Assembly: GCA_963812015.1 (NCBI GenBank) | Contig: CAWETI010000002.1 | Coordinates: forward strand, 1,120,001-1,184,000 | DNA length: 64,000 nucleotides | Origin: an uncultured delta proteobacterium | GTDB taxonomy: Bacteria; Desulfobacterota; Desulfobaccia; Desulfobaccales; 0-14-0-80-60-11 | Direction of reading: 5' to 3' | Part shown: positions 10,090 through 19,624 of the stretch, piece by piece | How the letters are laid out: the number at the start of each line of letters is the position of its first letter | Position numbering within the stretch: position 1 is the first letter of the stretch | The notes under the pieces: generated by a model | Told to the model about the DNA's origin: nothing | The model's input: only the letters and a program-made list of their open reading frames with translations | The model's database searches: none | Made by a program: the position numbers and the translations under genes

Positions 10090-10813
10090 CGGAGGAGAAG
10101 GTGCGGAGCTTTTTGGGGTTGATTTCGGCCGCCCATTTGCAGTTAGGATAATGGTATTTGTTGGAGGTGATGGAACCCACGTATTTTACGGGAGGAATCA
10201 CCTTGGCGGGCTTGGCATCACTGACCGGCTTCATGGACTCGGCTGGTTTGGGCTCAGTAACTTTGACAACGGGCTCGGTAGGCTTGGGCTCATCTACCTT
10301 GGCAGCCTTCTCCTGAGCTGGGGGTTGTTTGAGAGGTTCGCCCCCTTGAGAAGCTTGCAGCCCGGCGCCCTTGCTCCAGAGGTTGGCTTGAAACATTAAG
10401 ACCGTAAAGACGGCAAGCACCAGAACCATGAACGTCATGAACAGAGAACCAAGAAGGGTAATTTTGCGGTTTTGCCTCTCCAGCCTTTCCACCCTCTCCA
10501 AGATTTCTGCATCACGATTGATCTTTTCCACCCTTTGAAAAATACTTTCGGCTTCCGATGCGGTGATGGCGGCTCGGCGCGGCAAGGGATTTTTCGACTG
10601 AGCCCAAGAGCGGGAAGCTTCCTCGTTATCGGCATCTTCCAAGGACCCTGGGATCGGGTTGCCCGGGTTCTCTGCATCGGCTGAATCCGGAGCCGTCGGC
10701 GCCTGCCGGTCGAGAGAAGCTTTATCGGCCAGGAGACTATTGATGGCCTCCAATTTACTATCAACCTGGGTCAATTTTGCCATCAAATCTTTTGACTGCT
10801 GATTCTCGGACAT
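10022..10813 (-). CDS. Membrane-anchored protein with C-terminal Ada-type Zn-binding domain
   Basis: Coiled coil, one TM helix, a Pro/Lys/Glu linker, then YVGSITSNKYHYPNC...GYIPCPTC. Confidence 0.75.
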   Translation of the reverse strand: MSENQQSKDLMAKLTQVDSKLEAINSLLADKASLDRQAPTAPDSADAENPGNPIPGSLEDADNEEASRSWAQSKNPLPRRAAITASEAESIFQRVEKINRDAEILERVERLERQNRKITLLGSLFMTFMVLVLAVFTVLMFQANLWSKGAGLQASQGGEPLKQPPAQEKAAKVDEPKPTEPVVKVTEPKPAESMKPVSDAKPAKVIPPVKYVGSITSNKYHYPNCKWAAEINPKKLRTFSSVKEAREQGYIPCPTCGPPHHDP

Positions 10814-11035
10814 TTTTCCATCCCGCTCGCTCGAAGGCTTATATAACCTGCTTTAAGGATTATTATCGTCCTTCCGATTTTCCTATAAAATAATCTTAAA
10901 AACTCTACATAAAAATCAGCAGTATTCCTGATTTTTGCCTTCGAAAATGCTGAATTATGCATTCGAGCCTTTGGATTGGCCTTCTCCCTGGAAGGCAGCC
11001 CCCCTAACCCCTCATATCTATCTAGAGTAAAAGCT

Positions 11036-11252
11036 CGGGGCCTTCGGCCTGTGGTCCGTTGGCGCAAGAGGCCTACACCAAACGGCCGCGGGACCCTGTT
11101 CCAGGGCCCTATCGGGTCCGTTGCGCCCTCGCCAAAAGTCGTCAGGGCCTCATCCTGATGCGGCGAGGTAAAGCAGGAAGGCAGGATTCCCAGGCGCGCC
11201 ATCTCCGGAACCTGGGCGCCCCTGTCCTCATCAAAGATGGATGGGGACTTTT
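11036..11252 (+). ncRNA. Candidate structured RNA (unassigned)
   Basis: Four stems, a 7-bp pseudoknot pairing and a terminal hairpin with a T-run in an intergenic GC-rich block. No known family recognised; the strand is inferred from G-U pairs and the T-tail. Confidence 0.4.
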
Positions 11253-11387
11253 AATTAAGGAAGGTAATCTTTGAACGCGCCCAGAGAGCGGACTGACATC
11301 GCCCCGGTTATCTTGATAACGCCTATGAAGGCCTGAAAAGCCGGCTTCCCCTGCATTATTCCGATAACTACAAGATTTCTGGGCAGC

Positions 11388-12035
11388 TTATGGCGAGGTT
11401 ATTCCAGCGCGGATGGCATATTTGGTAAGCTCCGCAATACTCTTAATGTTCAATTTTAGCATGATCTGATGGCGATGGCTTTCCACGGTTTTGATACTAA
11501 CGTGAAGGCAGTCGGCTATTTGGTTGGTGCTTTTGCCTTCTACGACAAGTTGCAGGACCTCCCGTTCTCGCGCCGTGAGCTGCTCGCCAGTCGAGTCTTC
11601 GGCCAACGTCGGGCCCATGATATAGTCTTTTACCACGATGTCAGCAATATCCTCGCTCAGATAGGTCTTGTTGGCCGCCACCACCCGGATGGCCTTGATT
11701 AAGTGCGTAAAGGCGCAATCCTTGAGCAGGTAACCCTTGGCGCCGGCCTTAAACATATTCAAGACAAACCTTTTGTCGCTATGCATGGAAAGAGCGATAA
11801 CCTTGACCCCGGGTAACTCAGCGACAATCTGGCGAGTGGCCTCGATACCGTTTAAGTCGGGCATCGCCACGTCCATGAGAATGACATCAGGAACCAACTC
11901 CCGGGCCAATCGCAATGTTGTCCGCCCTTCCTGGGCTTCCCCCACTACGGTTACCCAGGGTTCTTTTTCCAGCAAGGCCCGGAGACCCTCCCTGACAATC
12001 TGATGATCGTCGGCAATGAGGACCTTGATACTCAT
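11388..12035 (-). CDS. NarL/LuxR-family response regulator
   Basis: IADDH, ILMDVAMP, GYLLKD, and a LuxR HTH (LTAREREVL...SIKTVESHR). Confidence 0.95.
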   Translation of the reverse strand: MSIKVLIADDHQIVREGLRALLEKEPWVTVVGEAQEGRTTLRLARELVPDVILMDVAMPDLNGIEATRQIVAELPGVKVIALSMHSDKRFVLNMFKAGAKGYLLKDCAFTHLIKAIRVVAANKTYLSEDIADIVVKDYIMGPTLAEDSTGEQLTAREREVLQLVVEGKSTNQIADCLHVSIKTVESHRHQIMLKLNIKSIAELTKYAIRAGITSP

Positions 12036-12295
12036 GGTATGGACTCCGGTGGGCCTTATGTACCTGTGATCAACATTATTCCCCGGTCAGTTCGGCAAGA
12101 TTGCCGCTTTCCCCCCGAATGAAATTTTTGCTAGATTTATTCTTAAAGTTATCTTTAACATTGTCAAGCATAATTTCAAATATATTTAATATAATATATT
12201 TTTATTGAATGATTTGATCATTATAGAGGAAACCTAAAGGTACGGAGCTCTTCCGGTGCTGGCCGGCTGTTGACAAACTACCGCTTTGGTAAAAT

Positions 12296-12366
12296 TGTCA
12301 TTCTCAACGAAGCGTAAAATCTATTCCCTTTAAGAAATTTTCAATCCTGCACTTCGTACGGAATAA
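12296..12366. repeat. Degenerate REP-doublet palindrome
   Basis: TGTCATTCTCAACGAAGCGTAAAATCT matches the reverse complement of 51768-51794 at 23/27. A decayed inverted partner lies at about 12344-12366. Confidence 0.6.
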
Positions 12367-12616
12367 TAAGAAAAGCTTTCAACCATCCCGAGAGTTGCGT
12401 CGGTGAGATGGGGTAACCGCTCCCCGGGGTCTTGCCGTTGACGCGCCATGGGGCGGCATAATTATTGGGAGGTACAACTCAACGATTAGAGGTGAGGAAA
12501 AGACGTCCACGGTTTGGGAGAGGGATTGTAAGTGGCCACCCTTACGCAAAACACGCAAAACGAAAAAACCCCTGCCCCCTCTCCCAAGATCCTTTTCAAG
12601 AGATCTTAACCCGGCA

Positions 12617-13762
12617 TCACTTCTTGACGGTGGCATCCGGCCCAAAGAACTTGAGATACTTGCCGTAGCCTTCTTTTTCCAGATCCTCTTTGGGGATGAA
12701 CCGCAGCGCCGCCGAGTTCATGCAGTATCTGAGCCCCGTAGGCGCCGGCCCGTCGGGAAAGACGTGCCCGAGGTGGGAATTGCCGTGCCTGCTTCGCACT
12801 TCGGTGCGCACCGAAAACAGGTGGTGATCCTCCTTCTCCACGATGTTCCCCGGTTCCAGGGGCTTGGTGAAGCTCGGCCACCCGGTTCCGGAATCATACT
12901 TGTCCGTGGAAATAAACAGCGGCTCGCCTGAGACGATATCCGCGTAGATGCCGGGTTTTTTATTGTCCCAGTATTCGTTCTGGAACGCCGGTTCCGTGCC
13001 CTCCTTCTGGGTCACCTCAAATTGCAACGGCGTCAGCTTTTTGCGGAGTTCCTCTTCGCCGGGCTTGGTGTATTTCGGGTCGCCGGGAGGGTCGGCGGCG
13101 GCCTGCTCTTCCCCCCAGACTTTCTTGATAAATTGATCCCGGCCGGAATTCCAGCGGTAGTATTTGTACTTCACCGCGTGGGTCTTGTAATAGTCCTGGT
13201 GGTAATCCTCCGCCCGGTAGAACTTGGTGAACGGCACAATTTCCGTCACAATCGGTTTGGGGAAGCGGCCGGATTTTTCCAAGGCCCGCTTGGAGGCCTC
13301 CGCCAAACGCTGCTGCTCCGCATCGTGGTAAAAGATCACGGTGCGGTATTGGGGGCCCCGGTCCACGAATTGCCCCCCGGGATCGGTGGGGTTCACGTGC
13401 CGCCAGAAATAGTCCAGCAGTTCCTGGTACGAAATTTTGTCCGGATCATAGAATACCTGCACCGCCTCCACGTGCCCCTTGCTGCCGTAATCCCCATAGG
13501 TGGGATTGTCCCCCTGGCCGCCGGTATACCCGGACACCGCCTCGACTACTCCCGGGAGTTTTTCAAAATCCGATTCGACGCACCAGAAACATCCACCGGC
13601 AAAGGTAGCGGTTTTAAGGTTTTTTGGCAGTTCGGGCATGGCGGCGCCTTGTCCTCGCTTCTCCTTGGGTTTGTGGTCGGCCAAGCCGGCGGCCACCAGG
13701 CCGGCGGCTAAGAGCAATATGAGCATCAACACGGTTTTCATAGTCTTTTGGCCTCTGGTCAT
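12617..13762 (-). CDS. msrAB: Exported bifunctional methionine sulfoxide reductase MsrA/MsrB
   Basis: Signal peptide; MsrA motifs GGCFWC and AEDYHQDY; MsrB motifs GWPSF, HLGHVF and RYCMN. Confidence 0.95.
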   Translation of the reverse strand: MTRGQKTMKTVLMLILLLAAGLVAAGLADHKPKEKRGQGAAMPELPKNLKTATFAGGCFWCVESDFEKLPGVVEAVSGYTGGQGDNPTYGDYGSKGHVEAVQVFYDPDKISYQELLDYFWRHVNPTDPGGQFVDRGPQYRTVIFYHDAEQQRLAEASKRALEKSGRFPKPIVTEIVPFTKFYRAEDYHQDYYKTHAVKYKYYRWNSGRDQFIKKVWGEEQAAADPPGDPKYTKPGEEELRKKLTPLQFEVTQKEGTEPAFQNEYWDNKKPGIYADIVSGEPLFISTDKYDSGTGWPSFTKPLEPGNIVEKEDHHLFSVRTEVRSRHGNSHLGHVFPDGPAPTGLRYCMNSAALRFIPKEDLEKEGYGKYLKFFGPDATVKK

Positions 13763-13936
13763 GGACGCAGTGCCCAGTGTATATACAATATTATGTTAAA
13801 GCTCATTCTGCTAAAATCAAGGGGCGGTTCTGGCCGGACTTGCGCCCATGGTAAAACGAACTCTGACCCGTCTCCCATACCTCAAGGGCAAGGCGGTGGC
13901 GCTACCCCAGCGGAGTTGTGGAGAAAGACGACGGGT

Positions 13937-14422
13937 CTAATTATGGAATTTCTTGGACGGCAAGGAAGAGGTGTCAAAGTGCTGCGCCTGGTTATAAGCC
14001 CGGATGACCTCGCGCTCATAGGCTGTGGTGCAGGTAGCGTTATATTTGTGCAGAACCTTTCTTATATCGCCGTCATATCGCTGCATCAGGCTATTCAGGA
14101 CAGCCGCTCCTGCCATGATGTTTTCCCGGGGATTATGGGGGTCAACCCCATATTTTTTGGCGGTGTCCTTATGCAATTGCATCAGGCCTATACAGCTCCC
14201 TCTCCCCGAACTCGCTTCCGGGTTATATCTCGATTCGATGGCGCATACTGCCTGGATGAGGTAAGGTGAGAGGTGGTATCGTTGTGCGGCTTCCTTGATG
14301 TACTCCCAGTATTCCTGCTTCAGTTCAAGTCGACCTATTTGGGGAGGGGTGGTGGGCCAGGATTGGGCCCAGGCTGGGACGGTTAAAATGGTGAAAAGTA
14401 AAGCTATAGTGAAAGTTTTCAC
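13937..14422 (-). CDS. Lytic transglycosylase (SLT domain), exported
   Basis: Signal peptide, AIES catalytic Glu, GLMQL, ENIMAG, YNA; AGGAGG RBS. Confidence 0.9.
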   Translation of the reverse strand: MKTFTIALLFTILTVPAWAQSWPTTPPQIGRLELKQEYWEYIKEAAQRYHLSPYLIQAVCAIESRYNPEASSGRGSCIGLMQLHKDTAKKYGVDPHNPRENIMAGAAVLNSLMQRYDGDIRKVLHKYNATCTTAYEREVIRAYNQAQHFDTSSLPSKKFHN

Positions 14423-14547
14423 GTTTTGCCTCCTGGAAATTTGGGTTTATTTGATGTGGTCCGGAACAGTCTAATGTAAGAGGGCTGCAGCGATGAGGAG
14501 AAGTGTTCTAGAAGTGTAGGTTTGCCCGCTTAACAACAGATAATGCA

Positions 14548-14562
14548 GCATATATTATGCCA
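14548..14562 (-). promoter_or_regulatory. Candidate sigma54 (-24/-12) promoter for the lytic transglycosylase
   Basis: Minus strand TGGCATAATATATGC has the GG-N10-GC spacing and lies about 125 bp upstream of the start. Confidence 0.5.
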
Positions 14563-14815
14563 GAAAGTTGTATGCTAACATAAAAATTGATGCGGATCAA
14601 GAAAAATTACCGGATGGTTGTTATGCATGCAAAAATAATGATACTGGCAGGATAAATTAATCTACAATTTCAGTAAGATATGATGAAGTCGGGGTGGAGC
14701 GAAAAAAGCCGGATTTTTCCTGAAACGGGCAGAGGTGGGAGGCTATGAGGCTTTTCGTAGGGAACCTGTCGTGAAAAATTCGGTTCGCCGGCTTACCGGT
14801 CATTAGGGCGTCGGT

Positions 14816-15421
14816 TTATGGCTCCCCCAGGCAGGCCAGCATCCGGTCCCAGAGCTGGTCTTTACCCTCCCGGGTGAGTCCCGAAAACCAGATGGGGTCG
14901 CCAGGGTTGACCCCGAGTGGCGCCAGGGTCTCGGCAAAGAGTTTCAGCTGGCGGTTGCGCTCCCCCCGCTTCAGTTTGTCGGCCTTGGTCAGGACCGGGA
15001 TCACCCGGCGCCCCTGCTCCGTCAAGAATTCCCAAAGGAACAACTCCTCGGAGGCCGGAACCCTTCGGCCATCCTGGAGGAAGACCACCGCGGCCAAAGA
15101 CTCCCGCTGGGCCAGGTACTCCAACACCAGGGGTCCCCAAGCCGCCTTGATGTCCCTCGGTACCGCGGCATAGCCGAAGCCCGGCAGGTCTACGAAATAC
15201 CAGCGCTGGTTGATGAGAAAAAAATTGAGGGCCCGGGTGCAGCCGGGTTTTGAGCTGGTGCGCACCAGCTTTTTCCGTCCCAGCAGGGTGTTGATCAGGG
15301 TGGATTTCCCCACGTTGGAGCGCCCCAGGAAGGCCACTTCGGGCAACTCCCCCGGAGGACATTGGTCCGCCCGGTGGACGCTGAGGGTGTACTCGGCAGT
15401 GATGATCTGGGGAATAGTCAT
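14816..15421 (-). CDS. engB: Ribosome biogenesis GTPase EngB/YihA/YsxC
   Basis: GRSNVGKS, KPGCT, DLPGFG and TKAD motifs; start placed at MTIPQ. Confidence 0.95.
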   Translation of the reverse strand: MTIPQIITAEYTLSVHRADQCPPGELPEVAFLGRSNVGKSTLINTLLGRKKLVRTSSKPGCTRALNFFLINQRWYFVDLPGFGYAAVPRDIKAAWGPLVLEYLAQRESLAAVVFLQDGRRVPASEELFLWEFLTEQGRRVIPVLTKADKLKRGERNRQLKLFAETLAPLGVNPGDPIWFSGLTREGKDQLWDRMLACLGEP

Positions 15422-15624
15422 AGTTATGCAGGGGAAGCCGGTAGTTGCTTCAAAGTAGTATAGCCCGGCCTTCCCCAAAATACCAGGGAACAGAAGACTA
15501 TCCCGCCCCGCCCCCACCCCGGGCGCAGTGGTTGCCACCCCAAGTCCCTCTGCCATATTTGCCATAATGGTTGACGGGCCTGGTTTTTCCAGGTTAAGGT
15601 TACGGTGATAAATCCGGATGGAGG

Positions 15625-16362
15625 ATGATTTTCGTGGCCTGGGGTTTGTGGTTTCATTTCTGGCTGGTGGTGCTCACCCTATGGGCCGGCACCCTGGTCA
15701 TTTTCTGGTCCTATATCGGCAAAGATAACCCCATGATCCATCGCTCCTGTCGGTGGTGGGGCCGGACTCTCCTCAAGATCGCCCACATCCCGGTCCAGGT
15801 GGAGGGCCTGGAGCACCTGAAGCCGGGACAGGCCTATGTCTTTGCCGCCAACCACCGCTCCAACTTCGACATCTTTGTGCTGATCTCGGTCCTGCCGGGC
15901 CGATTTGTTTGGGTCGCCAAAAAATCCCTCTTTCAAATACCGGTTTTGGGCCAGGCTCTCTCCCGCATGGGCTCCATCTCGGTTGACCGGGAAAACCTCC
16001 GTTCCGCCGTCCAGAGCCTCGACCGGGCCACTGCCATCGTCAAAGGCGGCCTCTCCATGATCATCTTTCCCGAAGGCACCCGGTCATTGTCCCGGGAGCT
16101 TTTGCCCTTCAAGAAAGGGGTGTTCGTCATGGCCCTGAAGGCGGGGCAGCCCATCGTGCCGGTGAGCATCAGCGGCACCCGCTTCATCCAACCCCGGGAA
16201 ACCATCCAGGTGAAACCGGGGCCCATTAAGGTGGTTATTTCTCCACCCATCTCGCCTACCACCTTCCGTCGCAAAGAGGAACTCATGGTCGCGGTGCGCC
16301 AGGCCATCGACGCCCACTACGACCCCGATTTTCCTTATGGCCCTGGAAACTCCGAACTCTAG
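15625..16362 (+). CDS. plsC: 1-acyl-sn-glycerol-3-phosphate acyltransferase
   Basis: NHRSNFD, FPEGTRS, PFKKG. Confidence 0.92.
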   Translation: MIFVAWGLWFHFWLVVLTLWAGTLVIFWSYIGKDNPMIHRSCRWWGRTLLKIAHIPVQVEGLEHLKPGQAYVFAANHRSNFDIFVLISVLPGRFVWVAKKSLFQIPVLGQALSRMGSISVDRENLRSAVQSLDRATAIVKGGLSMIIFPEGTRSLSRELLPFKKGVFVMALKAGQPIVPVSISGTRFIQPRETIQVKPGPIKVVISPPISPTTFRRKEELMVAVRQAIDAHYDPDFPYGPGNSEL

Positions 16363-18013
16363 TTGGGTCGACCTGACCTTCCTGGGCGGCCTGGGGGAAA
16401 TCGGCCTCAACCTGATGACCCTGGAGACCGACGACTACCTGGTGGTGGTGGACGCCGGCCTCATGTTCCCCGAGGACCACATGCTGGGGATCGACATCGT
16501 CATCCCCGATTTTTCCTACCTGCGGGACCGCCGGGACAAAGTGGCGGCCGTGGTCCTCACCCACGGCCACGAGGACCACATCGGCGCGGTGCCCTTTCTG
16601 CTCCGGGACATCCCCGTGCCGGTGTATGGTACCCCCCTGACCCTGGCCCTCTTGAAAGAAAAGCTGCGGGAACACGGGCTGCTGGATGAGGCGGACCTTC
16701 GGGAGATCACCCCCGGCGCCCCCCTGGCCCTGGGGCCCTTCGAATTCGAATTCATCCGGGTGTGCCATTCCATCGTGGACGGGGTGGGGTTCGTGGTGCG
16801 CACCCCCCAGGGCCTCCTGGTCCATTCCGGTGATTTCAAGATCGACCAGACCCCGGTCGCCGGCGCCGCCATGGACTTGAACCGCTTCGCCCACTACGGC
16901 GAAGTGGGGGTCCTGGCATTGATGTCCGACTCCACCAATGCCGAGCGGCCCGGCTACACCCTGAGCGAGCGGGAGATCGGCATCACCCTGGAGGGCCTCA
17001 TCCGGGAGGCGGAAGGCCGGGTCATCATTGCGGTCTTTGCCTCCCACATCCACCGGCTGCAACAGATCGTCACCATCGCCACCAAGTTCGGGCGCCAGGT
17101 CCTGTTCAACGGCAAGTCCATGGTGACCAACACCCGGCTAGCCAAGGAGCTGGGCTACCTGGACGTTCCCTCCGGCCTGGAGATCACCGTGGGGGACCTG
17201 GAGCGCTTACCTCCCGCCCGGACCATCATCGTCACCACCGGCAGCCAGGGAGAGCCCTTGAGCGCCCTGGCCCGCATCGCCATGGAGGCCCATAAGCAGA
17301 TCCACATCCAACCCGGGGACCTGGTGATCCTCTCCTCCAAGTTCATCCCCGGCAATGAGCGGGCCATCACCACGGTGATCAACAATCTCTATCGCCTGGG
17401 GGCCGAGGTGGTGTACCAGGAGGTGGCGGACATCCACGCCTCGGGCCACGCCTCCCAGGAGGAATTGAAGCTGCTGCTCAACCTCACCCGGCCCCGTTAC
17501 TTCATCCCCATCCACGGGGAGATGCGCCATCTCATCAAGCACACCCGGCTGGCCCGGGCCGTGGGGGTTACCGCCGACGGCATCCTCCTGGCCACCGACG
17601 GCGACCAGGTCCGCTTCGCAGCCGGGGGCGCCGCCCTTCAAGAACGGGTGGACATCGGCCGGGTCTTCGTGGACGGCAAAGGGGTGGGGGACGTCAGCCG
17701 CATCGTGCTCCGGGACCGCCGCCACCTGGCCGCGGACGGCCTGGTGATCGCCTACGCCGCGGTGGACCCCACCACCGGCAAGATCGTCACCGAACCGGAC
17801 CTCATCACCCGGGGCTTTACCCTGGAAGAAGAGCAGGCCCCCCTTTTGGAGCAGGCCCGCAATATCTTTCAGGAAATTGTCCTCCGGGCCCTGTCCGAGC
17901 CCACCCAGGACTGGCTGGAGGTCCAGACCCAGGTATCCAAAGCCCTGCGGAAGCTCTTCTTCAAGCGCCTGGAACGCCGCCCCATGATCCTGCCGCTGAT
18001 CCTGACCCTGTAG
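16337..18013 (+). CDS. rnj: Ribonuclease J
   Basis: GGLGEIG, THGHEDHIG, HSGDFK, DSTNA, TGSQGE, HASGH, PIHGE, RRPMILP. Confidence 0.97.
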   Translation: MALETPNSSWVDLTFLGGLGEIGLNLMTLETDDYLVVVDAGLMFPEDHMLGIDIVIPDFSYLRDRRDKVAAVVLTHGHEDHIGAVPFLLRDIPVPVYGTPLTLALLKEKLREHGLLDEADLREITPGAPLALGPFEFEFIRVCHSIVDGVGFVVRTPQGLLVHSGDFKIDQTPVAGAAMDLNRFAHYGEVGVLALMSDSTNAERPGYTLSEREIGITLEGLIREAEGRVIIAVFASHIHRLQQIVTIATKFGRQVLFNGKSMVTNTRLAKELGYLDVPSGLEITVGDLERLPPARTIIVTTGSQGEPLSALARIAMEAHKQIHIQPGDLVILSSKFIPGNERAITTVINNLYRLGAEVVYQEVADIHASGHASQEELKLLLNLTRPRYFIPIHGEMRHLIKHTRLARAVGVTADGILLATDGDQVRFAAGGAALQERVDIGRVFVDGKGVGDVSRIVLRDRRHLAADGLVIAYAAVDPTTGKIVTEPDLITRGFTLEEEQAPLLEQARNIFQEIVLRALSEPTQDWLEVQTQVSKALRKLFFKRLERRPMILPLILTL

Positions 18014-18274
18014 GGCAAAACTTCTCCCCTGGCACGGCTTGCTTAAATTTTTACCCATTTTGAATTTTTTAAGTTTTCTCTTACCTTAACTAATAACCGC
18101 AGAGAGGAATTCACCTTCAAGCGTTGCGAACCCATCGATGGATTTCTCTCTATGGTACAATGGTTCAATACTTGAAGGCAATTATGCTTAAATAATTGTG
18201 TCAATGCCGCCGAACTCGTGCTATTTAGAGGTTATTGAGGTTAAGCGTAAAATGCCGCGGTCGCGGCTAGCGGG

Positions 18275-19624
18275 ATGTTAACCTTATTGGGGGGAATAGG
18301 TGTGAAGTGCAGCCAGTGCCGGTATGTGCTTGCGGCTTGGGTGTTGTGGGTGGTTCTGGGCCTGGGTGTGAGTCAAGCGGGGGCCCAGGAGCCTAAATCC
18401 GGCCTGCCCCCGGATTTACAAGTCCTCATCAATGAAGCCTTGCAGGCCAATGCCGAAATCAAGCAGATGCGGGGGCAGTTCGCGGCATCCAAAGAGACGG
18501 TCCGACCCGCCGGGGCCCTGGATGACCCGGAGGTCGCGTTCAGCATGAAGGATATCCCGGTGGACACCTGGCGCCTGAACCAGGAACCCATGACCCAGAA
18601 GATGCTGGAATTGTCCCAAAAATTCCCCTTCCCCGGCAAACGCCGCCTCCGCTCCGAAGTGGCCGCAGAGCAAGCCCGCTCAGACGAGTATGCCTATAAA
18701 GACAAGGCCAACGAAGTCAGGGCCAAAGTAGTGATCGCCTATTGGGGCCTCTCCCTGGCCCAAACCAACCATGACCTGACCCAGAAGAACAAGCAATTCT
18801 GGGACCAGGTGGTCCAGGTGACCGAGACTCGTTATGGGGTCGGTCAGGGGATGCAGGCCGACGTGCTCCAGGCCCAGGTGGAGCTGGGCAACTATCTGGA
18901 CCGCCTCTTCCAATGGACCCAGAAACAAGAATCCTTCCAGGCCGATTTAAACGCCCTGAGATCCAAGCCCCCCCAAGCCCCGATATCCCGGCCCCAACCG
19001 TTGAAGCCCCGGCCATTCGCCCTAAAATTAGACGAATTACTGGCCCAAGCCGAAGCCCGGCCCCAGCTGCAAGCCTTAAAAATCATCATTGCCAAACAGG
19101 AAAAGGCAGTGGACCTGGCCCGCAAGGAGTATTATCCCGATGCCAGGATAACGGTGGGTTACGGCTTCCGGGAAACCTTGGGCCCGCCCGTTTATCAAAA
19201 ACAGGCGGATATGTTCACCGGCTCGGTCATGTTCAACGTGCCTATCTGGCACGACTCCAAGATCAAGCCCAAGATCAGGGAGGAGTTAGAGAAACAAGGC
19301 GTGGCCAAAGATGCCCATCTTTCCGCCTGGAACCAGCTCGGGGCCGCCATCAAGGACCGGTATGTCAAGCTCCAGCGCCTGGCCAAGCAAATCACCCTTT
19401 TCGACCAGGGGATCATCCCCCAGGCCCGGCAAGCGGTGGGGGCGGCCCTGGCCTCGTACCAGGTGGGATCTCTCCCTTTCAATCAGCTCTACCAGAACCA
19501 AATAGCCGTTTATAATGCGGAAATGCAATTAGAGGAATATCTCAAAGACTTTGAAGAAAATTGGGCCGAATTGGAGTGGCTGGTGGGTGCCGAACTGCCC
19601 CGGCTGCCGGGAGGGAAAAAATGA
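18275..19624 (+). CDS. TolC-family outer membrane factor of a heavy-metal RND system (CusC/SilC-like)
   Basis: Signal peptide, SQKFPFPGKRRL, helical OMF pattern; first gene of the operon. The start may be GTG 18302. Confidence 0.88.
   Translation: MLTLLGGIGVKCSQCRYVLAAWVLWVVLGLGVSQAGAQEPKSGLPPDLQVLINEALQANAEIKQMRGQFAASKETVRPAGALDDPEVAFSMKDIPVDTWRLNQEPMTQKMLELSQKFPFPGKRRLRSEVAAEQARSDEYAYKDKANEVRAKVVIAYWGLSLAQTNHDLTQKNKQFWDQVVQVTETRYGVGQGMQADVLQAQVELGNYLDRLFQWTQKQESFQADLNALRSKPPQAPISRPQPLKPRPFALKLDELLAQAEARPQLQALKIIIAKQEKAVDLARKEYYPDARITVGYGFRETLGPPVYQKQADMFTGSVMFNVPIWHDSKIKPKIREELEKQGVAKDAHLSAWNQLGAAIKDRYVKLQRLAKQITLFDQGIIPQARQAVGAALASYQVGSLPFNQLYQNQIAVYNAEMQLEEYLKDFEENWAELEWLVGAELPRLPGGKK

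Noticed and set aside
13774..13801. TTATGTTAAAG resembling a XerD arm (dif-like site)
   Set aside because: No XerC-like arm at the 6-bp spacing.
14460..14530. GGGCAAACC on the minus strand as a c-di-GMP-I riboswitch
   Set aside because: The GNRA-capped P2 and the GCAAAG segment are missing.
18030..18044. TGGCACGGCTTGC upstream of the cus operon as a sigma54 promoter
   Set aside because: GG-GC spacing is 8 nt, not the required 10.
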